Below are positions 36,517 to 46,081 of a stretch of DNA of 64,000 bases, piece after piece. The position numbers and the translations under genes are program-made. The notes beneath the pieces are model-generated. The model worked only from the letters and a program-made list of their open reading frames with translations, had not been told where the DNA came from and did no database searches. Every line of letters begins with the position of its first letter. Within the stretch, counting starts at the first letter, position 1. The stretch comes from Candidatus Omnitrophota bacterium (GTDB lineage Bacteria; Omnitrophota; Gorgyraeia; Zapsychrales; Fredricksoniimonadaceae), in contig JAYTXU010000006.1 of NCBI GenBank assembly GCA_043742785.1, positions 5,269 to 69,268 on the forward strand, read 5' to 3'.

Positions 36517-37757
36517 GCGAAAAAATATTATTAGCGATTGTTAATTTAGACAATAGAAGTAGCTGGTCTCCGGATGAAGAAGCTGAAGAGATGACAGAGC
36601 TTATCCAATCTGCCGGTGGAGAAGTAGTTAATACTGTTTTTTGTAAATGTCAGCCGCCTACAGCGAGTCATTTAATCACCAAGGGTAAGGTGGAAGAGAT
36701 TGCAGCCTTGTGTGGATTAGGGGGTATTGATTGTGTGATTGTTTCCCATGATCTAAAAGGGGTGCAGCAGAGAAATTTGGAAGAGGATTTTGAAATTAAA
36801 ACGATTGACCGTACTCAGTTGATTTTAGAAATATTTGCTCGTAATGCTAAAAGTATGGAAGGCAAGATGCAAGTGGAGTTAGCTCAATTACAGTACAGGT
36901 TGCCGCGGCTTACAGGGCAGGGAGCGGAATTATCCAGACAGGGCGGGGGCATTGGAACATCAGGTCCAGGTGAAACAAAATTGGAAACAGACCGCAGAAG
37001 AATTTCAGATCGTATTGATAAATTAAAGAAAGAGTTGAAACAGGTTACTCAAAGCCGTCAGACTAAACGTAAAAAGCGTCAAGACCAAATGATTCCAACG
37101 ATTGCCTTGGTGGGCTATACTAATGCAGGCAAAAGCACATTGTTAAATATGATTACCGAAGCAGCGACCCGTACCCACGATGGGCTTTTTACTACTTTAG
37201 ACTCTCTTTCTCGTCAGACACTTTTACCGGATCATCGTAAGGTTGTTTTAACAGACACAGTTGGTTTTATGCACGACTTACCACATGGTTTGATCGAAGC
37301 GTTTAAAGCGACATTAGAAGAGGTAGAACAGGCGGATCTTCTGCTGCACGTGATGGATATTAGTAATCCTAATTATCAGCATTTTTATACAGCGGTTAAT
37401 GAGGTTTTAAAAGAACTCAAAGCTTTTGAGAAGCCAACTATTTTAGTCTTAAATAAGATTGATAAGTTAGAGGACAGGGGTCGTCTTAAAGAATTCAAAG
37501 ATAATCATCAATGGCTGGTAGGGGTTTCAGCTTTGAATGGACAAAATATTCAATCCTTGCTTTTAAGCATTGAAGAAGCTCTCAGGGAAAGATCTAAAGA
37601 AATCGATGTGGTTCTAAAGAGCGACCGTATGGATTTAGTTAATCTAGCCTATGCTCAAGGCAAGGTTTTGGAAGTTAAATACCTTGCTAAGGGCATTCGC
37701 CTAAAAGCAATCCTACCTGATAAAACCGCAGGTCTTCTTACCAAAGCGGCGTTGTAA
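36513..37757 (+). CDS. hflX: GTPase HflX
   Basis: HflX N-terminal domain ([23 protein letters not shown]) followed by the G domain [21 protein letters not shown]. Confidence 0.9.
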   Translation: MSEKILLAIVNLDNRSSWSPDEEAEEMTELIQSAGGEVVNTVFCKCQPPTASHLITKGKVEEIAALCGLGGIDCVIVSHDLKGVQQRNLEEDFEIKTIDRTQLILEIFARNAKSMEGKMQVELAQLQYRLPRLTGQGAELSRQGGGIGTSGPGETKLETDRRRISDRIDKLKKELKQVTQSRQTKRKKRQDQMIPTIALVGYTNAGKSTLLNMITEAATRTHDGLFTTLDSLSRQTLLPDHRKVVLTDTVGFMHDLPHGLIEAFKATLEEVEQADLLLHVMDISNPNYQHFYTAVNEVLKELKAFEKPTILVLNKIDKLEDRGRLKEFKDNHQWLVGVSALNGQNIQSLLLSIEEALRERSKEIDVVLKSDRMDLVNLAYAQGKVLEVKYLAKGIRLKAILPDKTAGLLTKAAL

Positions 37758-37768
37758 GTTTGAGCTAC

Positions 37769-37796
37769 TTGACAAGTTCCAAAACTATGTTATATT
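37769..37796 (+). promoter_or_regulatory. Sigma70-type promoter of clpB
   Basis: TTGACA (37769-37774), a 16-nt spacer, then an extended -10 TGtTATATT (37788-37796). Confidence 0.65.
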
Positions 37797-37821
37797 ATCA
37801 CTCAGATGTAAAGAGTGCTAA
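37795..37821. promoter_or_regulatory. CIRCE operator (HrcA binding site) overlapping the clpB -10
   Basis: TTATCACTC-N9-GAGTGCTAA has one mismatch to the CIRCE consensus TTAGCACTC-N9-GAGTGCTAA. Confidence 0.85.
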
Positions 37822-37915
37822 TTGTATGGAATGTACGACGAGGACATGTCCTCATTTTTTAGGTTTTATTTCTAGCAGTCATAATAGTAGAGTGATAATT
37901 AAGGGGGGTAAAAAT

Positions 37916-40051
37916 ATGAATCAACAACAACCAGAACAAAATTTACAAAAGCCTTTAGAGAAATTTGGCAAGGATTTAACTGATTTGGCCAGTAAAGGCA
38001 AATTAGACCCTGTCATTGGACGTGAAGAAGAAATTCGCCGTGTCATTCAGGTTTTATCACGCCGCACTAAGAATAATCCAGTATTAATCGGTGAACCAGG
38101 GGTAGGTAAGACAGCTATTGTTGAAGGTTTAGCACAAAGGATTTTTACGGGGGATGTTCCAGAAGGATTGAAGCATAAAAGAGTTGTGACCTTAGATATG
38201 GGAGCATTGGTGGCTGGTGCGAAATTCCGAGGAGAGTTTGAAGACCGATTAAAAAGTGTTTTAAAGGAGGTTGAAGAAAATGATGGATCCGTTATTTTAT
38301 TCATTGATGAGTTACATACAATTGTTGGAGCAGGACGAGCGGAGGGAAGTGTGGACGCCGCTAATTTGCTTAAACCTGCTCTAAGCCGTGGGATGTTGCG
38401 TTGTATTGGAGCAACAACCTTGGATGAATATCGTCTATATATAGAGAAGGATGCAGCGTTGGAACGTAGATTCCAACAAGTGATGGTTAATGAACCATCT
38501 GTAGAAGATACGATTACTATCTTACGTGGCCTTAAAGAAAAATATGAGGTGCATCATGGAGTGCGTATAAAGGACTCTGCCATTATTGCGGCCGCAGTCA
38601 TGAGTCAGCGTTATATTACAGAGAGATTCTTGCCGGATAAAGCGATTGATTTAATTGATGAAGCAGCCTCACGTCTTCGCATTGAAATCGATAGCATGCC
38701 TCAAGAGTTGGATCAAAGTGAGCGCACGATTCGTCGATTAGAAATTGAACGTCAGGCGTTAAAGAAAGAGTCCGATGCTGCTTCTAAGGAGCGTACAAAG
38801 AAGATAGAGGAAGAATTAGCTTCTTTAAAAGAAGACAATAAAAAGATGCGTGTATGTTGGCAGGCAGAAAAAGCGATCATCGATCGGATACGTTCTATTA
38901 AGGTAGAAATTGAAACGACGAAATTAGAAGAGGCCAAGGCGGAAAAAATTGGAGATCTAAACAAGGTTGCCCAAATTCGTTACGGTATCTTGGTTGGTTT
39001 ACAAAAAGATTTAGAAGTTAAGAATAAAGAGCTAGAAAAGCTTCAAAAAGATGGAGGTATGCTTAAGGAAGAGGTGGATGATCAGGATATTGCGGAGATT
39101 ATTTCTAAATGGGCTAAGATTCCTTTATCGAAGCTTTTGCAGGCAGAGACTGAGAAGCTTGTGCATATGGAAGATGTCTTAAAGAAAAGAGTTGTTGGTC
39201 AAGACAAGGCTATCGATGCTATTGCTTCCTGTATTCGCCGTTCTCGCACGGGGTTAAGTGATCCTAATCGTCCCTTGGGTTCTTTTATTTTTGTGGGGCC
39301 TACCGGTGTTGGTAAAACGGAATTGGCTAAATCTTTAGCATGGTTTTTATTTGATGATGAAAATGCCATTGTCCGTATTGATATGAGTGAGTATATGGAA
39401 AAGCACAGTACTTCTCGATTGATTGGTGCTCCTCCAGGTTATGTGGGTTATGATGAAGGAGGTCAATTAACCGAGGCTATTCGCCGTAAACCTTATGCCG
39501 TTGTTCTTTTTGACGAGATTGAAAAAGCTCATCCGGATGTTTTTAATGTCCTTTTGCAATTATTGGATGATGGAAGGTTGACCGATTCTCAGGGTAGGGT
39601 TGTGAATTTCAAAAATACGATTGTGATTATGACATCGAATATTGGGACTGGAGATATTGCTGAGATGACGGATCAGCGTCAAATTGAAAATCATATTCAA
39701 AGAGCACTTCAGGCTCATTTTCGTCCTGAATTCTTAAATCGTGTGGATGAAACTATTGTGTTTAAACGTTTGGAGAAAATCCAAATTAAGAAAATTGTTG
39801 ATCTTCAGTTGGATATTTTAAAAAGTCGTCTAGCTGGAAAAAATATAGCGTTAGATGTGACGGAAGCGGCCAAGGAAGTTTTAGCGTGTCAGGGCTATGA
39901 TCCGGTTTACGGGGCTAGACCTTTAAAAAGGACAATTCAAAGTTTGGTTCAGGATCCAATTGCTTTGCGACTTTTGCAAGGAGAAATTAAAGAAGGCCAG
40001 AAAATATTTGTGAATGCACAGGGAGAGGACTTGGTAATAGAAGTTATTTAA
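37916..40051 (+). CDS. clpB: ClpB disaggregase, natively lacking the N-terminal domain (ClpB80-like, 711 aa)
   Basis: Alignment by eye to E. coli ClpB begins near its residue ~150 ([38 protein letters not shown]). Two AAA+ modules plus the coiled-coil middle domain are present. AAGGGGGG SD precedes ATG 37916. The tracked upstream extension (37760-37915) contains the promoter and CIRCE. Confidence 0.9.
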   Translation: MNQQQPEQNLQKPLEKFGKDLTDLASKGKLDPVIGREEEIRRVIQVLSRRTKNNPVLIGEPGVGKTAIVEGLAQRIFTGDVPEGLKHKRVVTLDMGALVAGAKFRGEFEDRLKSVLKEVEENDGSVILFIDELHTIVGAGRAEGSVDAANLLKPALSRGMLRCIGATTLDEYRLYIEKDAALERRFQQVMVNEPSVEDTITILRGLKEKYEVHHGVRIKDSAIIAAAVMSQRYITERFLPDKAIDLIDEAASRLRIEIDSMPQELDQSERTIRRLEIERQALKKESDAASKERTKKIEEELASLKEDNKKMRVCWQAEKAIIDRIRSIKVEIETTKLEEAKAEKIGDLNKVAQIRYGILVGLQKDLEVKNKELEKLQKDGGMLKEEVDDQDIAEIISKWAKIPLSKLLQAETEKLVHMEDVLKKRVVGQDKAIDAIASCIRRSRTGLSDPNRPLGSFIFVGPTGVGKTELAKSLAWFLFDDENAIVRIDMSEYMEKHSTSRLIGAPPGYVGYDEGGQLTEAIRRKPYAVVLFDEIEKAHPDVFNVLLQLLDDGRLTDSQGRVVNFKNTIVIMTSNIGTGDIAEMTDQRQIENHIQRALQAHFRPEFLNRVDETIVFKRLEKIQIKKIVDLQLDILKSRLAGKNIALDVTEAAKEVLACQGYDPVYGARPLKRTIQSLVQDPIALRLLQGEIKEGQKIFVNAQGEDLVIEVI

Positions 40052-40087
40052 CTACCTTTTTTATTGTCTTTCAATTATCGTATTCTT

Positions 40088-41104
40088 ATGCTTTTTCTAG
40101 ATGAAATTATCCATACGTTTTTGCAAGTATCGCCGTATCTCCTTTTAGGATTTTTCTTTTCAGGGATTGTTCAAAGCTTTATTCCTAAAGAGAAGATTAC
40201 TGCATGGATAGGTAAGAATAATTTTCGCTCCGTATTTGTGGCAGCGGCGGCAGGTGTGCCTATGCCTTTGTGCTCCTGCGGAGTTATCCCTATGGCGATG
40301 TCTTTAAGAAAAAGTGGTGCAAGTAGGGGGGCAACCACATCTTTTCTTATTGCTACTCCAGAGACGGGATTAGATTCGATTATGCTTTCTTTTTCCTTAC
40401 TTGATCCTTTAATGGCAATTTTTCGCCCCGTAGCTGCTTTTGTGACAGCTATTATTGCAGGTATCGTGGAAAATTTCTTCGACCGCGCTAGTGTTCAGAA
40501 CAAAATAGAAGAGCCCAAAGAAGGGTGTTGCTCCATTAAAGAGCATCATCAGATTAAAAGCTGGCCTAATCGTTTGTTAGAAGGTTTTCATTATTCTTTC
40601 GTTACTCTTTTAGGGGACATGGCAGGATGGTTATTTTTTGGTTTGATTCTCTCAGGGGTTATTTCGTATGCTGTTCCTTCTTCCATTATTGAAAAATTTT
40701 TAGGCGGAGGGTTAAGCTCTATGCTTTTGATGCTGGTCATAGGTATCCCTTTATATATTTGTGCTTCTGCTTCAACGCCCATTGCTGCCAGTCTTTTGCT
40801 CAAAGGAGCTTCTCCTGGGGCAGCGCTAGTCTTTTTACTTGTAGGGCCTGCAACCAACGTGACAACCATGGTGATGGTTTATCGATTTTTGGGAGCAAGG
40901 GCCTTGGTTATTTATGTATCTTCTATTGCAGTTTGTGCTCTTGGTTTTGGGATTTTATTGAACAGTCTTTATGCCAATTGGCTTATCAATATTCGTCAGA
41001 GCGTTGGTCAAGCTGGTCATTGCGTAGATTCTTCTTGGCAGGTTGCCTCAGCTGTTATTTTAGTTTTGTTGATGGGCTATTCGTTGACTAAGAAATATTT
41101 CTAG
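40088..41104 (+). CDS. Integral membrane permease (UPF0718/DUF318-like, CSCG motif)
   Basis: About 8-10 hydrophobic helices and GVPMPLCSCGVIPMA, characteristic of this permease family. Substrate unknown. Confidence 0.6.
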   Translation: MLFLDEIIHTFLQVSPYLLLGFFFSGIVQSFIPKEKITAWIGKNNFRSVFVAAAAGVPMPLCSCGVIPMAMSLRKSGASRGATTSFLIATPETGLDSIMLSFSLLDPLMAIFRPVAAFVTAIIAGIVENFFDRASVQNKIEEPKEGCCSIKEHHQIKSWPNRLLEGFHYSFVTLLGDMAGWLFFGLILSGVISYAVPSSIIEKFLGGGLSSMLLMLVIGIPLYICASASTPIAASLLLKGASPGAALVFLLVGPATNVTTMVMVYRFLGARALVIYVSSIAVCALGFGILLNSLYANWLINIRQSVGQAGHCVDSSWQVASAVILVLLMGYSLTKKYF

Positions 41105-41120
41105 AGTTGGTAATAGTTTC

Positions 41121-41148
41121 TTGACAAATTTTAAGGAGTTGTTATACT
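41121..41148 (+). promoter_or_regulatory. Sigma70-type promoter of hrcA-grpE-dnaK-dnaJ
   Basis: TTGACA (41121-41126), a 16-nt spacer, then an extended -10 TGtTATACT (41140-41148). Confidence 0.65.
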
Positions 41149-41175
41149 TTAGCAGTCAAACATTTAGAGTGCTAA
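41149..41175. promoter_or_regulatory. CIRCE operator directly abutting the hrcA -10
   Basis: TTAGCAGTC-N9-GAGTGCTAA has one mismatch to the CIRCE consensus. Confidence 0.85.
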
Positions 41176-41189
41176 ACAGAAAAGATTTT

Positions 41190-41918
41190 ATGGTAGCCAG
41201 ACAAAATGACATCCAGCAGCGCAAAGACAGAATATTGGCCCTTGTTATTGGTCAATACATTAAGACAATTACTCCGGTGGGTTCTCATTCCATTGCCGAA
41301 GGCAATAAACTTGATGTGTCGCCTGCAACGGTGCGTAATATTTTAGCTGAATTAGAGGAAGAGGGTTATTTAAGTCATCCTCATACGTCTGCTGGGCGTG
41401 TTCCCACTCAGAGCGGGTATCGATATTACGTTGATCACCTGATGAATGAGATTCAACTTTTAGAAGAAGAAAAGAAACGTATTCAGTCCGAGCACAAACG
41501 TTATTTGTCACATCTTGAGACCTTGATGGAAAAGACCTCTGAGGTGATTAGCGATTTGACCCACTATACGAGCATTATTTCTATTGATGGCTGGGGCAGT
41601 AAAATTATTCTAAAAGGAACCAGTCATGTGGTTGGGTATCATGAAAGTACGGACATTTTGAAGATTCAGGCGATTTTGAGAATCTTAGAGGAGAAGGAAC
41701 GTCTGTTGGAATTGATTAATCGTGATTTAGATCATAAAATAGAGATCTATATAGGTCACGAAATGGCTCTTAAAGATATGGATGGTTGCTCCTTAGCTGT
41801 CTCTAGTTTTGAAAAGGACGGATTAACAGGCCGCATTGCGGTATTGGGACCAACACGTATGAATTATGTACGGGTTGTTTCTGCCCTCGACTATATATCA
41901 GACTTATTTAGTCATTAA
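41190..41918 (+). CDS. hrcA: Heat-inducible transcription repressor HrcA (short form)
   Basis: N-terminal wHTH (PVGSHSIAEGNKLDVSPATVRNILAELEEEGYLSHPHTSAGRVPT), its position before grpE-dnaK, and CIRCE upstream. ATG 41190 is chosen because the tracked TTG at 41121 is the -35 box. Confidence 0.85.
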   Translation: MVARQNDIQQRKDRILALVIGQYIKTITPVGSHSIAEGNKLDVSPATVRNILAELEEEGYLSHPHTSAGRVPTQSGYRYYVDHLMNEIQLLEEEKKRIQSEHKRYLSHLETLMEKTSEVISDLTHYTSIISIDGWGSKIILKGTSHVVGYHESTDILKIQAILRILEEKERLLELINRDLDHKIEIYIGHEMALKDMDGCSLAVSSFEKDGLTGRIAVLGPTRMNYVRVVSALDYISDLFSH

Positions 41919-41932
41919 AGAAAAGGTGGAGC

Positions 41933-42475
41933 ATGGTTATGGACGAAACAGTTCAAAACCCAGAAGAAGAAATTTTGTCACAATCAGAAGCTACAGAACA
42001 AATGCAGGAGCCTAAAGCAGATAATGTGGAAGGTTTAAAACTTGCCTTGTCTGTGGAAAAAGATAAGTATGTTAGGCTTTTAGCTGAGTTTGACAATATG
42101 CGCAAGCGTCATGAGAGGGATCGTCAAGAATTGATTAAATACGCGCATGAAGAAGTGATTATTGAATGTTTGAAACTTTATGATGATTTAGAGCGTTCGC
42201 TGAATGCGTTTAAAGCAAAAGAAGGAACAGATGCAAATTTAGTTAAAGGTTTAGAAATGGTTTTCAACAACTTACGCGAGTTGATGACGAAGAATGATGT
42301 TAAAGCGATTGAATCTGTAGGGAAGGTTTTTGATCCTAATTGCCACGAGCCTTTAATGCAGGGTGAATCGGGTGATTTACCCGACGGACATATTATGGAA
42401 GAGTTTCAAAAAGGATATACCCTAGGCGGTAAGGTAGTTAGAACCGCAAAAGTAAAAGTAGCAAAAAATCCCTAA
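41933..42475 (+). CDS. grpE: Nucleotide exchange factor GrpE
   Basis: RLLAEFDNMRKRHERD and C-terminal VRTAKVKV. Context fits. Confidence 0.9.
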   Translation: MVMDETVQNPEEEILSQSEATEQMQEPKADNVEGLKLALSVEKDKYVRLLAEFDNMRKRHERDRQELIKYAHEEVIIECLKLYDDLERSLNAFKAKEGTDANLVKGLEMVFNNLRELMTKNDVKAIESVGKVFDPNCHEPLMQGESGDLPDGHIMEEFQKGYTLGGKVVRTAKVKVAKNP

Positions 42476-42538
42476 CGCAAAGCAAGTAATAGGGAATATG
42501 GTTGCAAAGAATACTAACTCATAAACAGGAGATGATAT

Positions 42539-44473
42539 ATGGCACGTGTAATTGGAATTGATTTAGGAACATCCAACTCGGCAGCGGCCGTGATGGAAGG
42601 TGGTCGTCCGGTAATTATCCCTTCAGCTGAAGGCGCCGGTGTTGCATCAGGTAAGGCATTCCCTTCGTTTGTGGCATTCACCAAGGAAGGTCAATTGCTC
42701 GTTGGTGAGCCAGCCCGTCGTCAGGCGCCGATTAATTCGGAAGGGACGATCTATGCCTCTAAGCGTAAGATGGGAACGGATTTCAAATTTAAAGTGTTGG
42801 GTAAGGAATATACTCCTCAACAAGTAGGTTCTTTTATTTTGCAAAAGATTAAATCTGATGCTGAGAAATTTTTAGGCGATACAGTGGAAGGGGTTGTGAT
42901 CACTGTCCCTGCTTATTTCAATGATAATCAGCGTCAAGCAACCAAGGATGCTGGTGAAATTGCAGGTTTGAAAGTTCTGCGCATTATCAACGAACCAACG
43001 GCGGCATGTTTAGCCTATGGTTTGGATAAAGCGGGTAAAGAACAGAAGATCATGGTCTTTGATTTGGGCGGCGGTACCTTGGACGTTACCATCCTGGAAA
43101 TGGGTTGGGATGAAGCAGCTAAGGCTGCTACATTCGAAGTATTGTCAACCAGTGGGGATAATCAATTAGGCGGTACCGACATGGATAATGTCTTGATTGA
43201 TTTCATTACCAATGAGTTTAAAAAGGAAAGCGGCGTTGATTTAAGGAACGATAAGATGTCCTTTCAGCGTCTACGTGAAGCTGCAGAAAAAGCCAAGGTG
43301 GAATTATCCAGCACGGTTGCGACCGAAGTTAACTTGCCGTATATCACGGCCGATGCCACAGGCCCTAAGCATTTAAACATTAAAGTTGAGCGTGCTAAAT
43401 TAGAGAGTTTGATTTCTCCCATTGTTGACCGCTGCCGTGGACCTGTGCGTCAGGCCATTAAAGATGCTTCTGGTAAATTAGGGGAAGAAGTGAAAATTGA
43501 TAGAATTGTTTTAGTTGGTGGTCCTACTCGTATGCCGATTGTGCAGCAATTCTTAGAGAAGGAAGTTGGTCAAAAAATTGAAGGTGGAATCGATCCTATG
43601 GAATGCGTGGCTTTGGGTGCTGCTATTCAAGGAGCTATTATCACCGGAGATGCTAAAGAGGTATTATTGTTAGACGTCACACCATTGTCCTTAGGGATTG
43701 AAACCATGGGTGGGGTATTTACCAAAATGATTGAACGTAACACCACCATCCCTACAAAGAAGGCGATGCCTTTTTCAACAGCTGATGATAATCAGACGGC
43801 TGTGACCATTCGAGTGCTTCAAGGCGAGCGTCAAATGGCGGGTGACAATACCGAATTAGGCCGTTTTGACTTGGTGGGCATTCCTCCAGCACCGCGCGGT
43901 ATTCCTCAGATTGAAGTAACCTTTGATATCGATGCCAACGGCATCGTACATGTTACGGCTAAGGATAAAGCAACTGGTAAGGAGCAAAAAATTCAAATTA
44001 CAGCAAAGACCAAGCTTTCTGATGATGAAATTCAGAAAATGGTTAAGGAAGCGGAGAAGTTTGCTGATGAAGATAAAAAACGCCGTGAAGAAGCAGAGCT
44101 TCTTAATCAAGCGAATACTTTATTGTATTCCACTGAGAAAGCCCTTAAAGATTATGGCGATAAAGTAACGGCTACAGATAAAGAAAATGTTGAGAAAGAA
44201 TTAGTTCTTTTAAGAGAAGCTATCAATGGAAAAAGTGCTGATAAGATTAAAACGGCAACTGAAGCAGTACAGAAGGTTAGCCATAAATTAGCCGAAGAGA
44301 TGTACAAGGCAACATCTGCTCAAGCATCTTCCGACGCTGGTACCGCTGGTGCTGGTTCACAAGGGTCAGGTGCAGCTGAAGGCTCCGATCAAGGGAATCA
44401 ATCAGCAGGAGCTGGTGAAAAGGGTAAGGATGATGTCATTGATGCAGATTTTAAAGCGAGCTCAGATAAATAA
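42539..44473 (+). CDS. dnaK: Chaperone DnaK (Hsp70)
   Basis: [19 protein letters not shown] and [10 protein letters not shown] motifs. AGGAG SD. Confidence 0.97.
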   Translation: MARVIGIDLGTSNSAAAVMEGGRPVIIPSAEGAGVASGKAFPSFVAFTKEGQLLVGEPARRQAPINSEGTIYASKRKMGTDFKFKVLGKEYTPQQVGSFILQKIKSDAEKFLGDTVEGVVITVPAYFNDNQRQATKDAGEIAGLKVLRIINEPTAACLAYGLDKAGKEQKIMVFDLGGGTLDVTILEMGWDEAAKAATFEVLSTSGDNQLGGTDMDNVLIDFITNEFKKESGVDLRNDKMSFQRLREAAEKAKVELSSTVATEVNLPYITADATGPKHLNIKVERAKLESLISPIVDRCRGPVRQAIKDASGKLGEEVKIDRIVLVGGPTRMPIVQQFLEKEVGQKIEGGIDPMECVALGAAIQGAIITGDAKEVLLLDVTPLSLGIETMGGVFTKMIERNTTIPTKKAMPFSTADDNQTAVTIRVLQGERQMAGDNTELGRFDLVGIPPAPRGIPQIEVTFDIDANGIVHVTAKDKATGKEQKIQITAKTKLSDDEIQKMVKEAEKFADEDKKRREEAELLNQANTLLYSTEKALKDYGDKVTATDKENVEKELVLLREAINGKSADKIKTATEAVQKVSHKLAEEMYKATSAQASSDAGTAGAGSQGSGAAEGSDQGNQSAGAGEKGKDDVIDADFKASSDK

Positions 44474-45600
44474 TGTCTAAGAAAGATTACTACGAAATTC
44501 TAGGCGTTCCAAAGAACACAGGCATTCCTGAGATTAAGAAGGCTTATCGATCTCTGGCTCTTAAGTATCATCCGGATCGTGTGGTTGAGGCAGAGAAAAA
44601 GGGTGCTGAGGAGAAATTTAAAGAAATTTCCGAAGCTTATGGTGTTCTTTCTGATCCTCAAAAGAAACAAACCTATGATCAGCATGGTCATCAGGGCATC
44701 GACCAGAACTATACTTCAGAAGATATTTTCCGCGGCGCTGATTTCTCAAGCATTTTTGAAGGAGCAGGTCTTGGAGATGTTTTAGGAAAGATGTTCGGCG
44801 GTGAGTTTGAAATAGGTGGAGGCGGTAGATCCAGTGGTCGCGCCCGCGGGCGAGATATTCAATACGAAGTGGAATTAACCCTCGAAGAAGCATTTAGCGG
44901 TGTAAAAAAAGATATCCGTGTTCCTCGACATGAATTTTGCAAGCAATGCGATGGGACTGGGGCTAAGAATGGGACAGCTTTAAAAACATGTCCAACTTGT
45001 AAGGGGCAAGGACAGGTGGTGATGTCTTCAGGATTCTTTCGTATGGCTCAAACCTGCGGTCAATGTCGGGGTCGGGGAAAGACAATTACAGAACAATGTG
45101 TGGAATGTTCGGGGCATGGCTTGAAGCGTGTTGTTCGCAATATTGATGTCAGCATTCCAGCTGGAGTGGATAACGATTCTCAGCTTCGTGTACGAGGTGA
45201 GGGAGAAGTTGGCCAAGGTGGTAGCGGAGATCTTTACTTATTTATCAAGGTTCGTGAGCATGCCGTTTATAAACGTGATGGTGAAAATTTATATATGGAT
45301 GTTCCTGTTAGTTTTGCTAAGGCTGCTTTAGGTGGAGATGTAAAGGTGAAGACTCTTAAAGAAGCCGTTGAGATGAAAATTCCTTCGGGCACTCAAGGAG
45401 CGAAGATGTTTAGATTAAAGGGACACGGGATGCCAGGTGTTCATGGTCAAGGTCCAGGAGATCTTTTTGTACGAGTGATGATTGAAGTACCGACCAGTTT
45501 AAATAACCGTCAGCGTGAGACTTTAGAAGAATTTGCCAAGGAATTAGGTGAAAGTCCTAAAGGAAGTTTTAAAGAAAAGTTGAAAAAAGCATTTAAATAA
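44473..45600 (+). CDS. dnaJ: Co-chaperone DnaJ (type I)
   Basis: J domain with HPD (YHPDR), a G/F-rich region, and four CxxCxGxG zinc motifs. Confidence 0.95.
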   Translation: MSKKDYYEILGVPKNTGIPEIKKAYRSLALKYHPDRVVEAEKKGAEEKFKEISEAYGVLSDPQKKQTYDQHGHQGIDQNYTSEDIFRGADFSSIFEGAGLGDVLGKMFGGEFEIGGGGRSSGRARGRDIQYEVELTLEEAFSGVKKDIRVPRHEFCKQCDGTGAKNGTALKTCPTCKGQGQVVMSSGFFRMAQTCGQCRGRGKTITEQCVECSGHGLKRVVRNIDVSIPAGVDNDSQLRVRGEGEVGQGGSGDLYLFIKVREHAVYKRDGENLYMDVPVSFAKAALGGDVKVKTLKEAVEMKIPSGTQGAKMFRLKGHGMPGVHGQGPGDLFVRVMIEVPTSLNNRQRETLEEFAKELGESPKGSFKEKLKKAFK

Positions 45601-45601
45601 T

Positions 45602-45928
45602 ATGCCAACATACCAATACGAATGTACAGCTTGTGGTCATGAATTTGAAGAATTGCAATCTATGACCGAAGCTAAATTCACCAAATGTCCTAAATGTAAG
45701 AAGAACAAGCTTGCTCGTTTAATTGGTAGTGGTGCAGGTATGATTTTTAAAGGCAGTGGATTTTACGAAACCGATTATAAGAAGAAGTCTGTTCCTGCTT
45801 CGGAATCTAGACCAGCTTCTCCAGCCAGCTCCGAAACAAAACCTACTTCACCGGTAGGCTCTCCTGCTGTACCTGCAACAAAACCATCTACTGGTTCTTG
45901 CGGCTCAGGTTGCGGTTGCCACCCCTAG
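45602..45928 (+). CDS. FmdB-family zinc-ribbon protein with S/P-rich, Cys/Gly C-terminal tail
   Basis: MPTYQYECTACGHEFE...CPKCKK...KGSGFYETDY is the CxxC_CxxC_SSSS pattern. Confidence 0.75.
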   Translation: MPTYQYECTACGHEFEELQSMTEAKFTKCPKCKKNKLARLIGSGAGMIFKGSGFYETDYKKKSVPASESRPASPASSETKPTSPVGSPAVPATKPSTGSCGSGCGCHP

Positions 45929-46081
45929 TATATAGAAATTAAATAATTAAATATTCAGCAATATCATATCTTGTTATACATCAAAGGTTTGCAACATTGA
46001 CAATGACCTGTTTCTGTGGCATCCTTACTCAATAGTAGATGGGCCCCTCTTCAATGGTTTTTATAGGAAAAAGGATTAACA

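Noticed and set aside
37760-37915. N-terminal 52-codon extension of the clpB ORF (TTG start)
   Set aside because: It contains the promoter, the CIRCE operator and a hairpin/T-run. The peptide has no ClpB N-domain character, and a strong SD precedes ATG 37916.
40759-41091. 110-aa alternative-frame + strand ORF inside the permease gene
   Set aside because: It is Cys/Ser-rich nonsense in a +1 frame of a clear multi-helix membrane protein.
41121-41189. N-terminal 23-codon extension of the hrcA ORF
   Set aside because: The tracked TTG 'start' is the -35 hexamer itself, and the extension spans the -10 and CIRCE.
46017-46031. Possible sigma-54 promoter (TGGCAT-N5-CTCA) upstream of the giant gene
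   Set aside because: The -24 GG is present, but the -12 element reads CTCA instead of TTGC, so the match is too weak to call.
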